Under the pieces are notes generated by a model that was not told the DNA's origin, did no database searches, and worked only from the letters and a program-made list of their open reading frames with translations. From the NCBI GenBank assembly GCA_045114065.1, contig JBGUJU010000099.1, positions 9,579-73,578 on the forward strand: a DNA stretch of 64,000 nt, read 5' to 3'. This DNA comes from Sodaliphilus sp. (GTDB lineage: Bacteria; Bacteroidota; Bacteroidia; Bacteroidales; Muribaculaceae). The stretch's first letter is position 1. Each line of letters begins with the position of its first letter. Made by a program: the position numbers and the translations under genes. Below are positions 36,075 to 43,324 of the stretch, in pieces.

Positions 36075-38456
36075 CTAGTTCAACAAGATGCTGATAAGAG
36101 TGGTCACGTCAGTTATGCCGATGATCTCATCGCCATCAACATCTGCACAAGTCTCACAAGCGCCTCCGCCATTCAGCAAGAAGTTAATCAAGGCGGTCAC
36201 GTCCTGAATGTTCAACGCGCCATCGTGGTTCACGTCGCCCGCCTGATAGTCATGGCTGCTACCCGACAGGACCACATAGCTGCTCTTGCTCCACTGGCTC
36301 GAGGTGCCATCTATATAATGTGCCTTGACCCGGTAATAGAAGGAACCCCCAGCCGCCAGGTCACTGACAGTGTAGTTCTTCCCGCAAATACCCGTGATGA
36401 GGCGATAATCAGCGCCACCTTCCTCGGCAACAGCACGCATCTGGATCTGTTCATTCTCTCCGGCATAGACCTGAATGTTCTGGAACACGGGATAGCCGCT
36501 CTTGCCAGCAATAGTCACCTGGTCCACCTCATTGCAGTCTAGCACAGCGATATAGGCAGTGAACGGGGAACCGCCGGGAGCCGAGAACTCCAGCTGGTCG
36601 ACAGCGGTAGAGACAATGAATTTTGAACTACTCTGAGACAGGGAAGACTTAGCCGTCACGACAACGGTCACCTTCTCATAACCTGACAAGTCATAAACTG
36701 GCGATGCCAACGCGCTCTTATTGTTGATGGAAATACCTGACTGCTCACACCACAGACCGTTGCCAGTAAAAGTCCACTCCTCGGGCATCAATTCCTCGGG
36801 GTAGTTGGCATAGTTGCTGGAATTTTCCACGATGTCACTCCAATCGACCTCTCCGATAAGGGTAAAACCTGGCTTGGTATTCACCTCAAGCGTATAGCTC
36901 TCCACATACTTGTCTGCGGTCTCATCGGTCCATTCAGCAAGGAATTGGGTCAATCCGATGTGGGTGCTGTCGGCGGGAAGCATCACAGGCCTATAGACAT
37001 CCAGGACGGCCTCACCGTTCAGGGTGATGGTCACATCCTCGGCATCAGGGCTGCTCAATGTAATCGTTGCGGTGTGATTGCCGCTTGCCAACGGTGCATA
37101 GGTCACATTGACAACCTTGCCCGAATCCACATCACTGAGGGCGACACTTGCTGCGTCCAGCGAGAAGGTACCGTCAGCATCATCGAGTGTCAATGTAACG
37201 TCATCGGTCAGGAACTTGCCCTTGACAATAAAGCTGGCTGTAGAACTCTGGTCAACAAATGCCTCCATATTGATCTGGCGAGGTGTCACATTGATCGTTG
37301 GGGTCGTGATGGGCGGATGGATACCTATGATCATCTGTTGCTCGATATTGAACGTGTAATCCCTGTAGCTGAAGGCATTCAACGCGAAATCGCCATTACC
37401 GATGCCGCTCCAGCCCCAATTCACATGATAGGTGTCGGTGGCGGCAGTATAGCCGTCCACATTGAAGGCATGGCCGCTCCAGCCACGCTGATCATTGTAG
37501 TCAAAGGCACAATACACCACAGGGCGACCCTCGAACATCTCATTCTGGAGCATGGCGGCCCAGTCGGCGTCACTATAGAACTGCTGCATCTCGTTGCCAA
37601 AGCCGTCGGCCATGGATTTCATCACCAGGTCGGCCTCCTCGTCATAGCCGAAAAACTTGACCGCGCGCAGGATATCGCTGCCTTGAGCACCGCTGCCATC
37701 AATCCCATAATCCATGTGCTCCTCCTGGCCGATGTAGCGCATCAGCCAAGCCACGGCATCGGCCTGGACCTCGTTGTAGTTGCCCTCAACATACTCGTCG
37801 AGCATATTGTCCCAATCAAACGTGATGGAAGGCAACGCAGGCAAGTTGAGGCCATAACTATATGCCGGAACCGGGGGCGTCGGTTCAACGGGATATTTCC
37901 AGTAATAGAACACCATCGACAACGACGTGGCGGGACAACCGGTCAAGCAGGGCGTGTCACCGATAACGGGACAGTGGTTCCAGTAAGGCTCCGCCTGGTC
38001 CCACATGGCTGTGAGCATCGGGGGAACGGTGAGCGAAGCCGAGCGCCCGCCGATGAGGGGCACATCAACCTTCAACTCAGGATTGGCCTCCAGAAATACC
38101 ATCTGGCGCTTATAGGTACTGAGCCAGTTTTTCATGTTCTCTGGCATGCGTGCTAAGTCCAGCGGACGGTCTCCCCAAGCCAGAATCTGACGCGCACGGT
38201 CATCGCCAGCAACGATAACAAAGCCGTGGTCGCTATTGAAAATGTAATAAGCCGCCTGGCCAGCGCGTGAGGGGTTCACCTCGGTGTGCAGCAGCCTCAC
38301 GTCGGCAGCTGCAGCGGGAACGCCACGATATCCAGGGGAAGTGTTGTCAAACAGGAAATTCCTTGCAGTGGCACGAGCCTGTACCACATCAACATCGGCG
38401 GCCACAGCCGGCATCATCACCAGCATCAGCATGGCCCATAGCAATAATCTTTTCAT
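36075..38456 (-). CDS. C10-family cysteine peptidase paralog with double dockerin repeat (CxxC class)
   Basis: CLTGCPATSLSMVFYYW, SGHAFNVDGY, HVNWGWSG. C-terminus GDVNHDGALNIQDVTALINFLLNGGGACETCADVDGDEIIGITDVTTLISILLN. Confidence 0.9.
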   Translation of the reverse strand: MKRLLLWAMLMLVMMPAVAADVDVVQARATARNFLFDNTSPGYRGVPAAAADVRLLHTEVNPSRAGQAAYYIFNSDHGFVIVAGDDRARQILAWGDRPLDLARMPENMKNWLSTYKRQMVFLEANPELKVDVPLIGGRSASLTVPPMLTAMWDQAEPYWNHCPVIGDTPCLTGCPATSLSMVFYYWKYPVEPTPPVPAYSYGLNLPALPSITFDWDNMLDEYVEGNYNEVQADAVAWLMRYIGQEEHMDYGIDGSGAQGSDILRAVKFFGYDEEADLVMKSMADGFGNEMQQFYSDADWAAMLQNEMFEGRPVVYCAFDYNDQRGWSGHAFNVDGYTAATDTYHVNWGWSGIGNGDFALNAFSYRDYTFNIEQQMIIGIHPPITTPTINVTPRQINMEAFVDQSSTASFIVKGKFLTDDVTLTLDDADGTFSLDAASVALSDVDSGKVVNVTYAPLASGNHTATITLSSPDAEDVTITLNGEAVLDVYRPVMLPADSTHIGLTQFLAEWTDETADKYVESYTLEVNTKPGFTLIGEVDWSDIVENSSNYANYPEELMPEEWTFTGNGLWCEQSGISINNKSALASPVYDLSGYEKVTVVVTAKSSLSQSSSKFIVSTAVDQLEFSAPGGSPFTAYIAVLDCNEVDQVTIAGKSGYPVFQNIQVYAGENEQIQMRAVAEEGGADYRLITGICGKNYTVSDLAAGGSFYYRVKAHYIDGTSSQWSKSSYVVLSGSSHDYQAGDVNHDGALNIQDVTALINFLLNGGGACETCADVDGDEIIGITDVTTLISILLN

Positions 38457-38528
38457 ATCGATAACAGATTGATTAGTAGTCTCGGTTGATTGTCACGATG
38501 CCAGCTATATAGGCTGACCCACGGTTTG

Positions 38529-38536
38529 CAAAATTA
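38529..38536 (-). promoter_or_regulatory. -7 box TAnnTTTG (minus strand)
   Basis: Plus-strand caaaatta is taattttg on the minus strand, ~73 nt upstream of the ATG at 38456. Confidence 0.4.
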
Positions 38537-38608
38537 CAAAAAAAAGTGCATTCTATTTGTCTTTCCCGCAGTAATTATGCTGGAAGCAGGCAGAATAGCC
38601 ATAGTAAC

Positions 38609-38650
38609 AAAAAAATTGGGACTCAAATGCCCAAAACACTTGAGTCCCAA
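38609..38650 (-). terminator. Intrinsic terminator of the third C10 gene
   Basis: 11-bp stems ttgggactcaa and ttgagtcccaa, followed on the minus strand by a 7-nt T-run. Confidence 0.8.
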
Positions 38651-38674
38651 TAGAGGTATCCATTATTCAGCACA

Positions 38675-41047
38675 TCAATTCCCGCCAAGCAGGAGATTGA
38701 TGAGTACTGTCACATCGTCAATGCCGATCTTGCCATCGGCATCGACGTCGGCACAGATGGGACATGCATCCTTCTCGTCACCGGACAGCAGGTAGCTGAT
38801 GAGGCTGGTCACATCATCAATACTCAATTTCTCGTCATGGTTGACGTCACCCAGGTCATAACCATGGCCGCCCAGGGTCACCTTCTGGCTATTGCTCCAG
38901 CGGCTCTCGGTGCCGTCGGTATAGAGCGCCTTCACTTTGTAGTAGAACGAGCCAAGTGCGGTCAGGTCTTTTACCGTGTAGGACTTGTCGGTGATACCCG
39001 TGACAAGACGATAGTTGGCATCGCCCTGCTCAACGGCCATGAGCGTATTCAGCTCGTTCACGTCGCCGGCATAGACTTTGATCATCGCCATGTCGGGCGA
39101 GAAATAACTATCGGTCGAGGTGATGGTAATTTTCTCTCCCTCGCTAGCCGTCACATACCAGGTATAGGTTGAACCTGAAGTGAATTGGTGGCCGACAGCC
39201 GGGGTCTGATTGGAACCGACAGTGATATTGCCGCTACCATAGGTGCCGCCGACGGTCGTGATCTGCATCGTGAAGATATCATCAGAGTAGCCCTCGGGCA
39301 CGGTGAAGGCAATATAGCCATCATTGCTGTAGTTGCTGAAGTAGTAGGCACCATTACCCACCTTGACTCCATTGCCGCTCCAGGGCTCGGTGAGCGTTAT
39401 GCTCTCGTAGCTGTCAGGATATTGGCTGCCGTCCAGCGTAGCGAGCAGTTCGACAGCAGGACGCGTCGATACCTCCAGCGTGTAGCTCTCAACGTACTCG
39501 GCAGATGTCGCATCGGTCCAGTCAGCACGGAATTTCGTCATGCCGATGGTGGATTCATCGACAGGCAGCATCTGGGGAACATAGGTCTCCAGCGAAGCAT
39601 TACCATTGATCGCCACCATCTTGTCCTCCACACCGGGGCTGCTCAGGGTGACTGTTGCAGTGTGGTTGCCGCTGGCAGTGGGCGCATAGGTCAGGGTGAT
39701 GACCTTACCATCCTGCTGCTCGTCAAGGCTTACGCTGTTCGCATCGAGCGAGAACATGCCGCTTGCATCATTGAGCGTCAGCGTTATTGGGCCGGTAAGT
39801 TCATTTCCCCTGACGGTAAAGGTCGCTGTCGCAGTCTGTTCTACATAGGCCTCGATGTCCAATTTGGACTTGTTCACTTTGATGGCAGGACCCAGGACAG
39901 GAGGCTGGATACCCATAATCATCTGTTGCTCGATATTGAACGTATAACCGCTCTCGGAGAAGGCATTGAGAACAAAGTCGCCATTGCCGTCGCCACTCCA
40001 GCCCCAGTTCACGTGATAGGTGTCGTCGCTGGCAGTATAGCCATCGACGTTAAAGGCGTGGCCGCTCCAGCCCCAGTAGGAATAATCATAACCACAATAG
40101 ACCACGGGACGGCCCTCGGCAAGCTCATTCTGCAGCAAGGCTGCCCACTCATCGTCATTGTAATAAACCGCCGTATCGGTGCCGTAGTCATCGGTGCGCG
40201 TCTTGAACTCGAGTCGCGCCATATCCTCGTCATAACCGAAGAACTTCACGGCACGCAGGATGTCATCTCCCATGGCTCCACTGCCGCTGGGCGTGTAGTC
40301 CATGTGTTCCTCCTGACCCACGTAACGCATCAGCCAAGCCACAGCATCGGCCTGAGCCGTGTTATAGTTACCCGCAACATACTTGTCCAGCATATTGTCC
40401 CAGTCAAAGGTGATGGACGGCAGCGCAGGTACCTGGAAGCCGTAACTCTCATTGGTATAGCCCTCGACCTCAGGCGTGGGGTCGGTAGGATATTTCCAAT
40501 AGTAGAACACCATTGACAACGAGGTAGCAGGGCAGCCCGTCAAGCAATACGAGCCGTTGTACATGGGACAATGGTTATAGTAGGGGGCATCCTGATCCCA
40601 CTCGGCTGTCAGCAGCGGAGCGACATCGCCTATCCTCTGGCTTCTCTTGGGGGTTGGCTTATCGACAACCAGGCCAGGATGAGCCTGCAGGTATTCAATC
40701 TGCTTCTTGTAAGTGCCGAGCCAGAACTTCATGTTGTCTGGCATGCGTTTCATGTCCAGAGGACGGTCTCCATGGGCAAGAACCAAGTGGGCGCGGTCAT
40801 CACCCGAGACGATCACAAACCCCTTGTCGTAGTTAAAGATGTAATAGGCAGCCTGAGCGACATTAGCCGAATTTAACTCGGTGTGAATCAGCTTGAGGCT
40901 ACTTGCCGAAGCTCCTTGTAAACGCTTAGCTTTATTCGTGTTGACGTAACGTTTGGCTGTCGATGTCGCCTCAGCCAAGTCAACATTGGCCGCCGAAATC
41001 TGCATCACGGCCAACAACAAAGTGACGAGCAATAATAATTTCTTCAT
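38675..41047 (-). CDS. C10-family cysteine peptidase paralog with double dockerin repeat (CxxC class)
   Basis: Same catalytic contexts as 36075-38456. The Fn3 insert is of the type found in ORF 2-2359. C-terminus GDVNHDEKLSIDDVTSLISYLLSGDEKDACPICADVDADGKIGIDDVTVLINLLL. Confidence 0.9.
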   Translation of the reverse strand: MKKLLLLVTLLLAVMQISAANVDLAEATSTAKRYVNTNKAKRLQGASASSLKLIHTELNSANVAQAAYYIFNYDKGFVIVSGDDRAHLVLAHGDRPLDMKRMPDNMKFWLGTYKKQIEYLQAHPGLVVDKPTPKRSQRIGDVAPLLTAEWDQDAPYYNHCPMYNGSYCLTGCPATSLSMVFYYWKYPTDPTPEVEGYTNESYGFQVPALPSITFDWDNMLDKYVAGNYNTAQADAVAWLMRYVGQEEHMDYTPSGSGAMGDDILRAVKFFGYDEDMARLEFKTRTDDYGTDTAVYYNDDEWAALLQNELAEGRPVVYCGYDYSYWGWSGHAFNVDGYTASDDTYHVNWGWSGDGNGDFVLNAFSESGYTFNIEQQMIMGIQPPVLGPAIKVNKSKLDIEAYVEQTATATFTVRGNELTGPITLTLNDASGMFSLDANSVSLDEQQDGKVITLTYAPTASGNHTATVTLSSPGVEDKMVAINGNASLETYVPQMLPVDESTIGMTKFRADWTDATSAEYVESYTLEVSTRPAVELLATLDGSQYPDSYESITLTEPWSGNGVKVGNGAYYFSNYSNDGYIAFTVPEGYSDDIFTMQITTVGGTYGSGNITVGSNQTPAVGHQFTSGSTYTWYVTASEGEKITITSTDSYFSPDMAMIKVYAGDVNELNTLMAVEQGDANYRLVTGITDKSYTVKDLTALGSFYYKVKALYTDGTESRWSNSQKVTLGGHGYDLGDVNHDEKLSIDDVTSLISYLLSGDEKDACPICADVDADGKIGIDDVTVLINLLLGGN

Positions 41048-41132
41048 AATCTAATATTTAAATGATTGAAATATAAATGGTTAACACTGTATTACGTTAA
41101 TTAGCTACCGAAAATCGCTTCAAAAAGGTGTG

Positions 41133-41140
41133 CAAATATA
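41133..41140 (-). promoter_or_regulatory. -7 box TAnnTTTG (minus strand)
   Basis: Plus-strand caaatata is tatatttg on the minus strand, ~86 nt upstream of the ATG at 41047. Confidence 0.4.
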
Positions 41141-41237
41141 AGCAAAAAATTATAATCCATAATATTTTCACAAGAAAATCCTTCAAAATTATATCCTCAA
41201 CATACTCGCACCCTGTTAAACCTGCCCACCCGAATAC

Positions 41238-41274
41238 ACAAAACTTGGGGTTGCACCATCGGTACAACCCCAAG
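41238..41274 (-). terminator. Intrinsic terminator of the 43325/41333 gene pair
   Basis: Perfect 10-bp stems cttggggttg and caaccccaag, 11-nt loop, with a T-run on the minus strand. Confidence 0.75.
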
Positions 41275-41332
41275 AGTCAGTTTCATCAAGGATGCGGATG
41301 CCCGCATGATCCTTTCGCGATCAACACGCGCA

Positions 41333-43291
41333 TCAATTATTACTGTTGAGCAGGAGCTCGATCAGTGCGGTCACGTCAGTGATGCTGATCTTATCGTCAC
41401 CGTTAACGTTAGCACAAGTGAGGCAGATGCCTTCAGTCTCGTTCAACAGATAGTCAATCAGGTCAGCAACGTCATTGATGCTCTGCTTGTTATCGTGATT
41501 GACGTCTCCGACAAGGTGAGTAGCGGGAGTGTCACCCGGCAGGGTTACCGTCTCAACATTGCTCCAGTCGCTCTCGGTACCATCGGTATAGACAGCCTTT
41601 ACCCTGTAGCTGTAAGTAGTACCGGGGGTAAGACCTTCAACGGTGAAGTTCTTCTCGGTGATTTCGGTAATCTCGTTACCATTTACCTCGAGGATGTAGT
41701 TCTCGACGTAGTCGGGCGAGGTCGTGTGATGCCAATTGGCGACAAACGAGGTGGCAGTGACAGCAGCCTCATTGGCGGCTTGCATCACGGGAACAGCATG
41801 CTGGGAAGTACCCTTTGCCGTGTCATAGAAATAGATATACAGGGGCTCGGCACCCGGGCTGCTCAGGGTGATGTAAGCGTAGTGCATACCGGCGTCATCA
41901 GTCGGGTTGTAAGTAGCCGTGATGACCTTGTGATTAGCTGCATCAAGCTCGCTGAGAGCGATAGTAGCCACATCGGTGGTCACAAAACCATTCTCGTCGG
42001 TCACGGTTACGGTGATGTCGTCGGTCAGGTCAAGACCGATTACGTCGATAGTCTTGGTAACGCTAGCGCCAACATTGGTTTCCAACTGGTTGACAATGGT
42101 GTGGGCGACAATGCGCGGGGGAATAGCGACACCCTCGGGAGTGGGCTTCACACCGACGAACATCAACTGGAAGTACTTATAAATCGTGATACCGTAGCCG
42201 AAGGCATTGAAGGCATACCAGCCATTCCTCTCCTCACTCTGACCGAAGTTCACATGATAAGTGTCATCATCGGCGTGATAGCCATCGACATTAAATGCAT
42301 GACCATAGTAGCTGTCACCGGTTGACATGGCCGAGTAAGCACAATACATCAGGGGGCGACCCTCGATCAACTCGGTCTGCATCATGGTGGTCCACTCATC
42401 GTCATCGTAGAGTTCGGTCATGTCCAGGTCATAATCATTCTTGAGCACATAGTGGGCATCAGCATCATAACCGAAGAGCCTCAGGGCCATCAGCATCTGA
42501 TCCTCGTCAGCACCACTCATCTGGGGGTTATAGTCCATAAACTCGGCCTGACCGACATAGCGCATCAGGTTAGCAATGGCATCACGCTCTTCCTCGCTCC
42601 AATTCTCGTTCTTGTAGGTGTTGCGCATGTGGGCCCAGTCAAAGGTGTAAGCCGGCAGGGCAGGCACATAGACTCCTCTCTCACCAGTATAGTCAGGAAG
42701 TGCAGGTGAACCAGCAGGATACTTCCAGTAGTTCATCACCTGAGACAGCGACACGGCGGCACAACCCACCAGGCAAGTGCTACCACCCGACTTCGGGCAA
42801 AGCCTGTTATAAGGCGACCTGCCGTTGTTGCTGCCCTGCTGCCACAGGGTTGTCAACATCGGCTCAATCGACTGGCCAAGGTTGGCGTTACGGGTCTTCA
42901 CGACCTGACCAGGATGAGCCTGCAGGTATTCCATCTCGGCCTTGTACATATCCAGGAAGAACTGCATGTTCTCGGGGATATCGTTCATGTTCTCCAGCGA
43001 GCCGTCGCCATAGGCGAGAACCTCACGGGCACGGTCATCGCCCGACACGATCACGTAACCCTTATCGGTGTTGACGATGTAGTAAACAGCCTGGGCTACA
43101 TTGGTGGAGTTCTGCTCCACGTGGGTCCACTTGATAGCAGGAGCCGAGGCCATGAAGCGACCATTAACGGTCTTGTTCATCAGGAAACGCTGAGCAGACT
43201 GCTGGGCTGTAGTCAGGTTCACGTTAGCTGCAGTGAGTTGCAACGAGGCAAACACAAGAGCTGCAAGTAATAAAACTTTTTTCATAAACAC
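41333..43291 (-). CDS. C10-family cysteine peptidase paralog (shortest; uninterrupted Fn3) with double dockerin repeat (CxxC class)
   Basis: CLVGCAAVSLSQVMNYW, YGHAFNVDGY, and a divergent HVNFGQSE. Intact Fn3 (ATSFVANWHH..YILEVNGNEITEITEKNFTVEGLTPGTTYSYRVKAVYTDGTESDWSN). C-terminus GDVNHDNKQSINDVADLIDYLLNETEGICLTCANVNGDDKISITDVTALIELLL. Confidence 0.88.
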   Translation of the reverse strand: MFMKKVLLLAALVFASLQLTAANVNLTTAQQSAQRFLMNKTVNGRFMASAPAIKWTHVEQNSTNVAQAVYYIVNTDKGYVIVSGDDRAREVLAYGDGSLENMNDIPENMQFFLDMYKAEMEYLQAHPGQVVKTRNANLGQSIEPMLTTLWQQGSNNGRSPYNRLCPKSGGSTCLVGCAAVSLSQVMNYWKYPAGSPALPDYTGERGVYVPALPAYTFDWAHMRNTYKNENWSEEERDAIANLMRYVGQAEFMDYNPQMSGADEDQMLMALRLFGYDADAHYVLKNDYDLDMTELYDDDEWTTMMQTELIEGRPLMYCAYSAMSTGDSYYGHAFNVDGYHADDDTYHVNFGQSEERNGWYAFNAFGYGITIYKYFQLMFVGVKPTPEGVAIPPRIVAHTIVNQLETNVGASVTKTIDVIGLDLTDDITVTVTDENGFVTTDVATIALSELDAANHKVITATYNPTDDAGMHYAYITLSSPGAEPLYIYFYDTAKGTSQHAVPVMQAANEAAVTATSFVANWHHTTSPDYVENYILEVNGNEITEITEKNFTVEGLTPGTTYSYRVKAVYTDGTESDWSNVETVTLPGDTPATHLVGDVNHDNKQSINDVADLIDYLLNETEGICLTCANVNGDDKISITDVTALIELLLNSNN

Positions 43292-43324
43292 AAATTTGAT
43301 ATTAAATTAATAAAAGAAATGTCT

